Positions 10,547 through 20,180 of a stretch of DNA of 64,000 nucleotides are shown here, piece by piece (position 1 is the stretch's first letter; each line of letters opens with the position of its first letter). The stretch spans positions 3,628 through 67,627 of IMG/VR virus record IMGVR_UViG_3300008050_000039. One strand, given 5' to 3'. Origin of the DNA: a virus. The notes under the pieces were generated by a model. The model did no database searches, was not told the origin of the DNA, and saw nothing but the letters and a program-made list of their open reading frames with translations. The position numbers and the translations under genes were made by a program.

Positions 10547-11034
10547 AAGTCTTCGCCATCAAATTGTGAGAGAGTCAAATAACACTTTGTATTGTTTGTG
10601 GATGAGGTCTTGTCAGTCATGCGTCGTTCCTCGGCGTTCATTTCACCCACCGACACATAGCCCGCTTTCCTTACTGCTTTTGTCCGCTTGTTCTTTTTTG
10701 TTTTCTTATCGTTGTGTTTTTTACACATGGTCGCCCAAGCCCCCATCTGTTCGGGGTCTATCACCTTGAGCGACGAATGGTATGGGCGGACACCGGAACC
10801 ACGACAACCCTTTTTGCCGAAGCGGGAAAACATAGTGAACCAAGAAATCGTGACGCCCCTTTTGGCGGCATCAGCGAACATAATATATCCGCCGTTTTTG
10901 TGGTTCGTCTGTGTGATGTCAGTTACGGTGAACGGCCCGCGTGGTAAAAACTCTCTATATATGGGGGGTAGCATTTCCCTCATTTCATTAGTAGCAATCA
11001 CCTGTCCGATTTTAAATATACAACGCTTTGTCAT
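10543..11034 (-). CDS. basic hypothetical protein, first gene after promoter-motif copy 1
   Basis: Leader CAGGGGGAATAAACATG. Confidence 0.55.
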   Translation of the reverse strand: MTKRCIFKIGQVIATNEMREMLPPIYREFLPRGPFTVTDITQTNHKNGGYIMFADAAKRGVTISWFTMFSRFGKKGCRGSGVRPYHSSLKVIDPEQMGAWATMCKKHNDKKTKKNKRTKAVRKAGYVSVGEMNAEERRMTDKTSSTNNTKCYLTLSQFDGEDL

Positions 11035-11092
11035 GTTTATTCCCCCTGTCTTGTAATTAACCCTGTAATTATTTGGTTATAAGTCTTTCTAA

Positions 11093-11111
11093 ACGCAGTT
11101 AACGGAAGCAA
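11093..11111 (-). promoter_or_regulatory. conserved upstream promoter motif copy 1
   Basis: acgcagttaacggaagcaa, followed on minus strand by AGAAAG-ACTTATAA. Confidence 0.8.
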
Positions 11112-11284
11112 CAACCTATGTATATCGGGTTATTTTCATGGGTTGTTTGCGACCACATTTCGGGCATAAAATATCACTTGTGCTAAACGGGCTTTGGTAT
11201 AATATAACCCATTTCGTTCCACACCTAATATCACCTTTATTCGTTGCCAAACATTCAATGCTTACTTCGGTTATTTTACTCATT

Positions 11285-11539
11285 TCATTCACCCGCCTTT
11301 TCGTTATAGTCGGGATGCTCTTTCGGCAATCGGTGTTGTCGTCGCTTACCCAAATTAACAAGTAATTTTTTGACATTAGCACCGGCTGTATTGAACCGCT
11401 TTAGTGCCACCGCGTCCCCCGCGGGAACCATGTCACCCTTAACGGCTTCAACATCTATATTGTTAAGTATATGTTTTATCAATTCGTATTCTGCATGAGT
11501 CACAGTTTTCGCCCGTCTTTTGTGTATGGTATCACCCAA
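11285..11539 (-). CDS. hypothetical protein
   Basis: Minus-strand TATA-like AACCTTTATA at about 11560-11570 upstream. Confidence 0.5.
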   Translation of the reverse strand: MGDTIHKRRAKTVTHAEYELIKHILNNIDVEAVKGDMVPAGDAVALKRFNTAGANVKKLLVNLGKRRQHRLPKEHPDYNEKAGE

Positions 11540-11571
11540 ACAACCCTCAAACTAAAAGGGTATAAAGGTTG

Positions 11572-12048
11572 TCATTCAATAGATTCGGCTTCCCTAATAC
11601 AATGTAGGCAAACATCACTATCAGTAGGCAACACGCGCACACGACCACAGGGGGAGCATTTAATCGCCTTCGCCTTTTCGTTTGGTGTCATTACCGTAGT
11701 AGTGCGTGTAAGTATAATATCCTCCTTGTTGCGGATTAACTCTCGGTCAATATCATAGACGGCGTGGAAAGTTTCACCACCGATTACATTTTCCACTTTC
11801 TCCCGCCCGATTTGAACCACTTGAACATTCTTACACATGAGGGATGATAGACTATGGGGGGAGGGGACGGTTCGTATTGATTTGTGTTCTGCAAGCAACG
11901 AAGCCATCCCCTCTTTTGTCATTGCCCCGTTCTCCCACAGCAGGTCAATGATGATGCGGCGAATGCGACGATTGTTAGCACTCATTTGTATTTCCCACGA
12001 CATGATATTTATTAAGGCTATTGAATACTTACATATATCAATCATCAC
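11572..12048 (-). CDS. winged-helix (DUF3860-like) + C-terminal Zn finger
   Basis: PHSLSSLMCKN...VYDI; CSPC...CLHC; true start probably MSANN at 11985. Confidence 0.6.
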   Translation of the reverse strand: MMIDICKYSIALINIMSWEIQMSANNRRIRRIIIDLLWENGAMTKEGMASLLAEHKSIRTVPSPHSLSSLMCKNVQVVQIGREKVENVIGGETFHAVYDIDRELIRNKEDIILTRTTTVMTPNEKAKAIKCSPCGRVRVLPTDSDVCLHCIREAESIE

Positions 12049-12231
12049 TAATACTTAAATACATTGATGAGTTAATGAAACCATCATCGTCGGTGGCATC
12101 AGCCGGAGGGTATCGTTTAGTATTCAAACCACTTTTTGAATACTCTTCACCATAATACCATTGACTTATTTTATCAATTATAAAAACAAGAACCATACAA
12201 AAGAACGGAGCGGCCAAACAAACAAATGGAC

Positions 12232-12903
12232 TTATAACCAATCCTTCACCCCCTCCTTTCTCTTTTTCACTCCTTTCGGTAAAGATTTAATATCCTTACT
12301 TCGTATTTGGTTCGCCACTCTCGCATCATCGTTAACGATGATTTGCCAATAACAATCACTTGAACGAAATGGGGGGGGAACCTCATTTGTTGTTTTCTTT
12401 TTAGGCCAATCCACTTTACCCTCACTAACTTTCAAACCATAGGTCAGAACAGCATAAGCGTATTCATCCGGTAAAGTCATAGCAACCTTAGCCAAACGAC
12501 GGTGTAATTCTATATCGTCGGTTTGGTTTCTCTTAATAAAAGCATAAGCGAGAGGGAGGGGGATTGTTTCTATTTGCGTCTTTGCTCTCACTCGGTCTTT
12601 CCACCGAAGCAGGGCTACTGCATTACGATAGAAAGAACGATTGGGGCGATTGAGGGATTGATGGATAATGGTTATCGCCTCGCTCTTTGAAGTTAAGCGG
12701 GGCAACTTATCCACCACGACAACCAAACGGAAAGCGACTAATGGCGACCACTCTAAAATATCTGTTTCGGTAAAGCGGCGTGGGTTGCGAAGTATGTATG
12801 TTCGCTCCGGTGCTGTTGGGGGGTATTGCATAACCCTATCCATAACAATTGGGTTCTCGCCCAGGAAATCGGTATCGTCGGCAGTTAAAATAATTATTCC
12901 CAA
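12232..12903 (-). CDS. hypothetical protein (possible degenerate clamp-loader partner subunit)
   Basis: 223 aa, alpha/beta N-terminus then helical; function only inferred from context. Confidence 0.4.
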   Translation of the reverse strand: MGIIILTADDTDFLGENPIVMDRVMQYPPTAPERTYILRNPRRFTETDILEWSPLVAFRLVVVVDKLPRLTSKSEAITIIHQSLNRPNRSFYRNAVALLRWKDRVRAKTQIETIPLPLAYAFIKRNQTDDIELHRRLAKVAMTLPDEYAYAVLTYGLKVSEGKVDWPKKKTTNEVPPPFRSSDCYWQIIVNDDARVANQIRSKDIKSLPKGVKKRKEGVKDWL

Positions 12904-13169
12904 TCACACACCCCTTCTTCAAGAATATAATTTACTAATCGTTTGTATTGTGCGATACTAAAATACCATACCTCTCTAACGACTTTGGGTGTGATTTCAT
13001 AACGACCATGATACCATTTTAACCCATCATCTGTTAATAGAGGCAACAACTCATCCTTCTGCATCAATTCTAATATCTTAGGAAACTCATTCCGATAAAT
13101 CGGTTTGGTAGTTAGTAGGCGGTTGCTACGCCGCCACTTCACCGTCTTACCTCTCTTATCGTCACTCAT
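12894..13169 (-). CDS. hypothetical protein
   Basis: Overlapping operon packing. Confidence 0.5.
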   Translation of the reverse strand: MSDDKRGKTVKWRRSNRLLTTKPIYRNEFPKILELMQKDELLPLLTDDGLKWYHGRYEITPKVVREVWYFSIAQYKRLVNYILEEGVCDWE

Positions 13170-13801
13170 TCGCTTACCTCAAAGTCGGCTTCAATAATAT
13201 GGGTTGGTGCTTTCAATGCCGCAAAGTGTAATTCCACTTGGTCTAACAATTCTGGATGCGGCGCAAGCACATGAACAAGTGCGCCCATCACACTACCTAA
13301 TTGTGCTTCGGCTAAAAGCAATTGTGATTCAACGCCGATTTCCTTTTTCAATTGCCCCACTAACTTTAGTGATTGGTTGGCTTGACCTGCTAACTTCGTT
13401 GCATCGTGAATCCACTCGGAAGTGATTTCCCCTTCACCTCGTTGTTGTTCTAACTCATCAAGCCACGATACTAAACGAACCACAATCCCTTCGGCCATAT
13501 CAAGCGTGCTGATGCTCTCCTGTCGCAATTTCTCAATATGTGCCGCCTCTTCGGGGTCATATTGGATATGGTTATCCATGTGTTCGTCGCAGGTTCCCTG
13601 CGGCCAATTGTGTTTTTTCTCCAAATAAGCGGGTGCTATCTCATCGTTCTTAATTCCCAATTCATATTCTTTCATGTTTGAGTTATCACAAAAAGGACAG
13701 TCGTTTGATTCTAAGACCCAACGCAATGTTTCAATGGCGAAGGCGTCCTGTTCGCGGGCCAACCGGCGTTCTATTTCAATCCGTGTTTTCATCAGCGTCA
13801 C
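13166..13801 (-). CDS. Zn-finger/HTH coiled-coil protein (possible terminase small subunit-like)
   Basis: CPFC...HMDNH followed by long amphipathic helices ending LKLVGQLKKEI. Confidence 0.45.
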   Translation of the reverse strand: MTLMKTRIEIERRLAREQDAFAIETLRWVLESNDCPFCDNSNMKEYELGIKNDEIAPAYLEKKHNWPQGTCDEHMDNHIQYDPEEAAHIEKLRQESISTLDMAEGIVVRLVSWLDELEQQRGEGEITSEWIHDATKLAGQANQSLKLVGQLKKEIGVESQLLLAEAQLGSVMGALVHVLAPHPELLDQVELHFAALKAPTHIIEADFEVSE

Positions 13802-14108
13802 CTCTCTCTTCGTCGTTGAATGATGCTAAGTGCTTTTTTTCCCTGCGTCTGTGGCATTCTTCCACATCATCATACAATTTTGGATATTTCATTATTGATA
13901 TATCCAATATCCTTATTGTTTCTAATTGACATACTACCTTATCCAATCGCTCTATTTCGGCAATCAATTCTTTTTTCGTTTTATTTAGCATTTTAATTTT
14001 CACCTGCCTTTTTATTATAACATTCTAAACAATATATTCGGCTATGCAAAACTTCGGTTTCTTCCAACAGACAAATTAGGTGACATTCTGGACATTGATA
14101 ATCAGCCA

Positions 14109-14408
14109 TTAACGCACCCCCCCATACCATTCTTCGTCTTTCACTAACGCCCATAAAGATACCCGTTTGCTGGATGCTAATGTTCTTACATATACTTGGC
14201 CCACGATTTCAAATCGCGGGTCACGGTGCAATACCTGTCCGAATGCTCTTGGGGTTTTGGGCGCACAAGACCTTGATTCGCGGAGCGGTGTTCCGTTTAG
14301 TAATACTGCCCCATCTATTAATTCTGATAATGTCATTGGTTTGTTTTTTGTGCGCGCATAACGCCACATTGCATCTCTCGTTCTTTTGTGTTTCAATTTA
14401 AGTCCCAT
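14109..14408 (-). CDS. winged-helix protein (DUF3860-like paralog)
   Basis: FGQVLHRDPRFEIVG...SLWAL. Confidence 0.6.
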   Translation of the reverse strand: MGLKLKHKRTRDAMWRYARTKNKPMTLSELIDGAVLLNGTPLRESRSCAPKTPRAFGQVLHRDPRFEIVGQVYVRTLASSKRVSLWALVKDEEWYGGVR

Positions 14409-14644
14409 CGTAAAACCGCCTCCTTATCATCAAGTTTTTTGTTCTCTAATATCCGCAACCAAGTTTCAATACCCAAACGAAGAAACTCACTACGGGTCAT
14501 ACCGGCCTCTTCTGCCATTTTATCAATTGTGTTTTTCATTTCTTTTGTTAGGCGGAATGATACTAACCTTCCAACATCGCGTCTAACTCTATATGTCAGT
14601 ATTGTTTTACTATTTGGCTCCATCAAACACCACCCTTGCCCCAA
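14393..14644 (-). CDS. ribbon-helix-helix (CopG-like) regulator
   Basis: VSFRLTKEMKNTIDKMAEEAGMTRSEFLRLGI. Confidence 0.8.
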   Translation of the reverse strand: MGQGWCLMEPNSKTILTYRVRRDVGRLVSFRLTKEMKNTIDKMAEEAGMTRSEFLRLGIETWLRILENKKLDDKEAVLRWDLN

Positions 14645-16017
14645 GAAATTACTTGTTCTTTCGCACTCAAACTACCCTTAATAGGCTTGGGTTTAGGTGT
14701 ATTCGCATTAATATAACCAATACGGCATAGCATCCCTTTGCGACCCCTGCCGGTTGATTCCGGTTGAACCTCCTTATACCATTCCTGGCCTTCAAGGTTT
14801 TCAATAATCCAACGCTTCGCTGATTGGTAATCCCCACCCGTCACCATTTTACTAACCTCTTTAACAAGGGTGGATTTCGGTAAGTCTTTCATCCAAAAGG
14901 TTTCACGAATTAATAGTAAGTCGGCATCCATTACCCGTCGCCTCATTTTCAAAGACTGGTTAAGGATAATACGCAAGGTATCATCAAGCGTGACGATAAG
15001 CGGTTGCCCACCTTTCCATTCGTCTTTCATCATGTGGTAGCCAATAGCAAGTCGGCGGAACAAGTCAGCCTCAAAAGAGCGCACATCGTCACGCTGAATC
15101 CACTCTCCTATTTCTTCGTCAAATATAACACCCGTCGGTGGTTGGGCTATTATATCATCCATTCGTTGTTTGAACCACCGTTTAATTTCAATGGCGTGGT
15201 TAGCCAATACAACCCGTTCTTCGGTTGTCATGTTTGATTGCCGGTGTTGTGCCTGTTTGAACAACCGTTCTTTTTCCGGCGTCATTTCAATATCAATGAT
15301 AAAGAATCGGCGGTCAAGCCCGCTATCCAATTCAAATCGGGCCGGTTGTGTTCCCGCCCAAACAGTATAGCGAGTAGTATAACGAACCCAACCCGCTTTC
15401 ATTGATTTTTGAACCCTACCATTATCAAGTGAAGTCAACAATTGGTTTTTCATATCCATAGAATGGTCTTTCTTTGAAGCGTCGCTCATACTACTAAACT
15501 CTTCAAAGCCGAGAAACCCGCCGCACATTTCACGCGCAAGTGGTCGCCCTGCTATTTGTGAATCTTCGTTCAAGGAGCCAAACATACCTGCTTCTGTCAC
15601 GCTGTTCGGCCCCATCATTGTTCTAAGACCCTGCCCCAAATCTGCGTCGGGAGAATATAACAATCCGGTTCCCTCCGCTAAGAACATCAGAATTAGAATG
15701 GATTTACCACTACCCTTTGTTCCGCGAAGCATTAAATGAATCCGTGTGTCCGGCAATTGCGACATAGGCGTATAGATTGGTGGGCCGGTATGACGCAACG
15801 GACAAACACTAATTGTAAAATCGGTTTCATCAACATAGGGTGATTCTGGGTCAAAATCACACCGACTACATTTGTTGACCGCATTAAATAAATGCGCCCC
15901 AATTGAACAAATGAAAATCGGTAATTTGTCTGCTACATCTATGTAATGGTTGCCTTCGGCAAAATCCGTCACGGCCGAAAATATATCAACAACTTTTGAT
16001 TTCTGACTCATTGCCAC
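14623..16017 (-). CDS. MCM-like AAA+ helicase (short, divergent)
   Basis: GTKGSGKS, SVTEAGMFG, GGFLGFEEF, LLTSLDNGRV, AGTQP, LDRRF. Confidence 0.8.
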   Translation of the reverse strand: MAMSQKSKVVDIFSAVTDFAEGNHYIDVADKLPIFICSIGAHLFNAVNKCSRCDFDPESPYVDETDFTISVCPLRHTGPPIYTPMSQLPDTRIHLMLRGTKGSGKSILILMFLAEGTGLLYSPDADLGQGLRTMMGPNSVTEAGMFGSLNEDSQIAGRPLAREMCGGFLGFEEFSSMSDASKKDHSMDMKNQLLTSLDNGRVQKSMKAGWVRYTTRYTVWAGTQPARFELDSGLDRRFFIIDIEMTPEKERLFKQAQHRQSNMTTEERVVLANHAIEIKRWFKQRMDDIIAQPPTGVIFDEEIGEWIQRDDVRSFEADLFRRLAIGYHMMKDEWKGGQPLIVTLDDTLRIILNQSLKMRRRVMDADLLLIRETFWMKDLPKSTLVKEVSKMVTGGDYQSAKRWIIENLEGQEWYKEVQPESTGRGRKGMLCRIGYINANTPKPKPIKGSLSAKEQVISWGKGGV

Positions 16018-16832
16018 ATCACCCCCGTATCATTATTTATTTTGACGCCGGTTTCGCGCGCCATATTATATCGCACCTCGTCCGAACCCGCCTCCATTTC
16101 ATCGTGTAACTCAAGCAAAACATTTTCTATTTTTTGTGCTTCTTCATCATCCATTTCCAAATCAAGATAATACCCACAATACTTGCTTAAGGCATATTGC
16201 GCGTCTTTATCTATGTTTGGATTTGATTTGTCATGGGCGGCACAAACAACGACAGAAGGTTCGTTTGTCATTAAACTAAATAGATAAGGGAAAACCCAAC
16301 ATGGTTGGTTCATCATCAAATCCTTTTGCAACTCACTATCTTCGGTGAAGTCATAGGTCACATATTCTTTTTGGTTTATGTCAAGGAACGCCGCATCATT
16401 TGTATATTGTTGAATCGTGGTCGTAGTAAGCAAAGTAAAGTTGTTGACACCAAGACCGATTAGGCCGTCTAATGTATCACGCACCACACTATACGAATAC
16501 AACCACGCGTGGGGGTTAGCATCCGGTCTTGCTTGCAACGGAAACCAATTGGTGACACGCAAAACATACACGACCTTATCCACTTTGTTTTTTATTCGGT
16601 ATAAAATCCAACCTGGGTGCATAGGTTCGGGAATAGTATTGAATGCTTCAACAGAATGAAGTCTTGAACAAAGGTATGCTATCGGCTCGGCCTCGCCCAC
16701 ACAACTCATTATGGTAAGAAAACCGGCGTGGCCCTGTTCACCCTGTAATCCCACCAACAAAGTTGCGTCCTCACTCGGTTCGGGCTTGCCATCAAGCCAA
16801 TAGAAATCAATATCATTATGTCGCTCAAGCAT
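16008..16832 (-). CDS. PAC2 / proteasome-assembly-chaperone-like protein
   Basis: LLVGLQGEQGHAG...PIAYLCS...LYR...YSVVRDTLDGLIGLGVNNFTLL and acidic helical tail, resembling archaeal PbaA/PbaB. Confidence 0.55.
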   Translation of the reverse strand: MLERHNDIDFYWLDGKPEPSEDATLLVGLQGEQGHAGFLTIMSCVGEAEPIAYLCSRLHSVEAFNTIPEPMHPGWILYRIKNKVDKVVYVLRVTNWFPLQARPDANPHAWLYSYSVVRDTLDGLIGLGVNNFTLLTTTTIQQYTNDAAFLDINQKEYVTYDFTEDSELQKDLMMNQPCWVFPYLFSLMTNEPSVVVCAAHDKSNPNIDKDAQYALSKYCGYYLDLEMDDEEAQKIENVLLELHDEMEAGSDEVRYNMARETGVKINNDTGVMWQ

Positions 16833-17082
16833 TATTATTCACCTGCCATGTTTTCGGGTCACTTGACTTAACAACCAAAGCACGAATACAATTCGTTTCG
16901 TCACGCATTTCCATCCATTGGCCCTCTTTCGCATTACGCGCCCATTGACAGAATCTCTTAAAATCCCATAACTGCGCCGCGTCAACAACCGGCTTCATAG
17001 CCGACACTAATGGATTAACGCCATCAAAGACAATTCTCTTCAAGACACCGTTTTCTGTCAATACTACAATCCACTTACTCAT
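16825..17082 (-). CDS. hypothetical protein
   Basis: Overlapping operon packing. Confidence 0.5.
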   Translation of the reverse strand: MSKWIVVLTENGVLKRIVFDGVNPLVSAMKPVVDAAQLWDFKRFCQWARNAKEGQWMEMRDETNCIRALVVKSSDPKTWQVNNNA

Positions 17083-17271
17083 GAATCCAACCCCTGCACT
17101 TTACCTTTTTACCGCACCAAATACAATGAACCTTTACTGTCAACATTAGATTCTTTGTCTGCTGGATGGTTGCTGATTCCGCGTAGTTATTCAAATCCTT
17201 TGTTAACCCATCAACTACAAAAAGGTGTGAATCTTGGCCGGCAGGTGATTGGTCGCAAACCCCTTTGTCGC

Positions 17272-17502
17272 TCATTCATCCACCGCCCAATGTCCTATCA
17301 GCGTGTCGCATTGAAAACAACGCAATTCATTGTTCTCTCCAAAATCCATCATCCATTGGATGCTTAGACTTGTTTCCCCACACACTCTCCGATTCTTACA
17401 GGCGATAGCACCATCACGACTACGCGTGACTATATTACCATCCGGCAACAAACTAATTCGTATTTCCATTTCTCCTTTATTATTTAATTTTTCACTCTTC
17501 AT
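17272..17502 (-). CDS. small Zn-ribbon protein
   Basis: CKNRRVC...CFQC; first gene downstream of element A. Confidence 0.5.
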   Translation of the reverse strand: MKSEKLNNKGEMEIRISLLPDGNIVTRSRDGAIACKNRRVCGETSLSIQWMMDFGENNELRCFQCDTLIGHWAVDE

Positions 17503-17548
17503 ATCTATTCCCCCTTTGTCACTAAATATACCTTATGACTATTTGCTT

Positions 17549-17756
17549 TTAATTCTTTTTGTTGTTCAGAAAGAATTGAGAAAGAATTAATCGCTTGACT
17601 GCGAGCCTGTTTGGTTAATTCTTTTATTTCTTCATTAGGTTGTTGGTTAGACCTACTAACTAAACTACCTTTGAAAGAATAAAAGAAATAACCTAAACGC
17701 TTGACTGCGCCCTTGTTATTATTTCTGGACAATACTGAAAGAGGAAAAAGAATTAA
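17549..17756 (-). repeat. 208-bp symmetric element, copy A (inverted relative to B and C)
   Basis: Perfect 12-bp terminal IR TTAATTCTTTTT/AAAAAGAATTAA; internal AGAAAGAATTAA at +30; two CGCTTGACTGCG boxes. Confidence 0.85.
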
Positions 17757-17797
17757 TTTACCCCCCAATAATGGAGAAATCGTGCAACTACTGCACA

Positions 17798-18067
17798 TTA
17801 AAAATCCCTCCCCGCCCACTTCTGAAATGTTAACTCATTTTCTAAAACCCATAACTTAGCGGTATCTTCCTTGATGAAATTATGAACCTTACAAACAGAT
17901 GAGATAATTCCTGGTGTTGACTTCAAAATCTGACCTACCTCTTTTGTTGAGCCGGTTAGATTTAATTTGTCTTTGATGCTGTCGCTCGTCAACCCCAATG
18001 GATGCTCACGCAACAGGGCGACCATTCGCAATCGTATTCGTATATGCCTTCGTGCCTTCATATCCAT
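17798..18067 (-). CDS. winged-helix protein (DUF3860-like paralog)
   Basis: STKEVGQILKSTPGI...KLWVL. Confidence 0.6.
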   Translation of the reverse strand: MDMKARRHIRIRLRMVALLREHPLGLTSDSIKDKLNLTGSTKEVGQILKSTPGIISSVCKVHNFIKEDTAKLWVLENELTFQKWAGRDF

Positions 18068-18640
18068 TCCTCACTTCTATTTTCCAATTGACAGACAGGG
18101 CAAACATAACATGATTCATTACTTAAATCCGGTTTCATGCTGACGCCATGACGGGCGCAAACAGGCTCGCTCTCGCCCTCACCGGACATACTCTCGCACC
18201 CCATACCATGTTATAAACATTGTGTTTTGCTCTAAAATCATTGTTTTTCATCCCCCATATACGGCCCTAATCTCTTGACCTGTTTCTTGAATAACGCCCG
18301 AACCACAAAGCCCCAAAAAGCACATTCAAGGATTGTCAATAAGAGAGTAACACCCACTAACATTTCAAGGTTCACGCCTTCACCTCCACGCTTCGGGTGT
18401 ATGGTTTGCATGACGAATACCGTTTTTCTCCACAATGTTCGCAATCCCACAAATCAAGTCTGCGCCGAGCAATTGGTGTCCAACCATAGGAAATGTGCCA
18501 TCCCGTATTGAGCCATTCATGCTCGCACCCCTCTTCGCGTTTTTGTTCCAATTCTTTTTTGCGTTCCTCAAGCAAATGCTCATGGTGTGCTTCAAGACTA
18601 CCGTTAAGGTATGCTCTTTCATCCGAAGTATAACCGCCTC

Positions 18641-18967
18641 TCATTCCATCACCTTCCAATTTTTAGACATTTCTTTAATAAGGCGCATCATCTCATTAAC
18701 GAAATCAACAGCCATTTCTTCATCCATGTTAATTACAATATATTTTGTGAAATCAACGGTTGAACCACTTGGACAACCTGCCCCGAATTGAATAGAAACC
18801 TCAGTCACCATCTCGGTCAAGTAGTCACCGCATATAGGACAATGCAACACATCACTTGAGGGGTCATTATAAAACATACCCCAATTCTTCACCAAGCCAT
18901 CAAACAGCCCTTGTATGGTAGCGTCTTCTTCCACACAATCTTCACAAGTTAATTTTTTATCCTTCAT
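18641..18967 (-). CDS. Zn-ribbon hypothetical protein
   Basis: CEDC...CPIC. Confidence 0.5.
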   Translation of the reverse strand: MKDKKLTCEDCVEEDATIQGLFDGLVKNWGMFYNDPSSDVLHCPICGDYLTEMVTEVSIQFGAGCPSGSTVDFTKYIVINMDEEMAVDFVNEMMRLIKEMSKNWKVME

Positions 18968-19212
18968 TCAAGCATCACCCCTTTCATCTAAGTCTTTACG
19001 GTAATTTCGTATTACTACCGCATATTGCTTCATCATATCGCGATATTTGCGAGTTAGACCGGACACACCACCCGAAGGTTTGTTCCCCACCCACGGCCAC
19101 GCTTCAAGCATCAATGCCTTTAGGTTCTCATTTTGCTCTCTCAGCCGAGCATTCTCCATCGTGATTTCGTCTATCCGGTCAAGGTAAGGGGTCGGGTCAA
19201 CTCTAATGTCGC

Positions 19213-19524
19213 TCATTGTTCATCACCGCCTTCATCCATAATATCATTAAACAATACCATGAACCGTTCCAATAGGTTTTTTCCGGTTCCCTTGATACCA
19301 AAATACTTTTTCACATTGGTTACTTTCCAACCGCGAGTCGGTATCACACCATGATTACAATACATTGTCAAATCGCGCTTACTGACAATAAGGTTCCAAA
19401 TTGCTTGGCCCATCGGAGAGCCATTAACCGTCATAATTTGTTCACCTCTTTCAAGTGCTTCTGCTTCGGCTTGTAATTCTTGGATGAAAGGCGAATCTAA
19501 ATCGTAAGGCTTTTTCGCACTCAT
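19213..19524 (-). CDS. hypothetical protein
   Basis: ATGA overlaps with neighbours, GGTG RBS. Confidence 0.55.
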   Translation of the reverse strand: MSAKKPYDLDSPFIQELQAEAEALERGEQIMTVNGSPMGQAIWNLIVSKRDLTMYCNHGVIPTRGWKVTNVKKYFGIKGTGKNLLERFMVLFNDIMDEGGDEQ

Positions 19525-19670
19525 TCAAACACCCCCTTCATTACCTCTTCCCATTCTAATTTTTGTATTTCTGTCCAATTGCTGTAATTCTGCAATCGTG
19601 CGCTATCCTTTATTTTCTGTGACGACCCCTGTTGGTCTTGGCTATTGTTTCTGTTCTTTTTCCTTGTCAT
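19521..19670 (-). CDS. 49-aa protein with SQDQQGS N-terminal motif
   Basis: Hand-translated MTRKKNRNNSQDQQGSSQK...; stop overlaps next ATG; follows motif copy 2. Confidence 0.6.
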   Translation of the reverse strand: MTRKKNRNNSQDQQGSSQKIKDSARLQNYSNWTEIQKLEWEEVMKGVFE

Positions 19671-19727
19671 GTTTATTCCCCCTGCTCTAATTTATCCTAA
19701 ACCCTATCTCCTTTTAAGTCTTTCGCT

Positions 19728-19748
19728 ACGCAGTTAACGAAAGCAAGA
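19728..19748 (-). promoter_or_regulatory. conserved upstream promoter motif copy 2
   Basis: acgcagttaacgaaagcaaga then GCGAAAG-ACTTAAAA on minus strand. Confidence 0.8.
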
Positions 19749-20180
19749 ATCAAGCGGTGTTTGGTAGTCATACTTGAGTAAGTAATCTAAAATTGATGCT
19801 ATCATTCCCGAAAAATCATGTTCGGTTCCGTCACCATCACCCATCCTGTTGTATAGGGCAGGTCGTTCCTGTATGCGTAGTGGCAAATTACCAAAATACC
19901 ATATTGGCGCATGGCCGGTATGTCCTTTCGGTGCTTTGTTTTTGAATACTGAATAATAATCATTACCCGCTTGCGGACATATAACAAATACCACCCTATT
20001 GTCGTTGTGATTGACGAAGGCGTAACCACCGTTTTGCCTTCCCGACCCTGTTTCAACAGGGTATGTTTGAATGGTGATGCTATCAAGCAAAAGCATTGTA
20101 TCAGCCGCTTTTATGAAAAGTGATTCAAAGACGATTTCCGCGTCATTGTGAATACGCTTTATTCTGAAAGACTTACTCAT
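19734..20180 (-). CDS. hypothetical protein
   Basis: ORF ends inside motif copy 2. Confidence 0.5.
   Translation of the reverse strand: MSKSFRIKRIHNDAEIVFESLFIKAADTMLLLDSITIQTYPVETGSGRQNGGYAFVNHNDNRVVFVICPQAGNDYYSVFKNKAPKGHTGHAPIWYFGNLPLRIQERPALYNRMGDGDGTEHDFSGMIASILDYLLKYDYQTPLDSCFR

Noticed and set aside
17505-17819. 104-aa ORF
   Set aside because: Runs through the non-coding 208-bp element A; low-complexity translation
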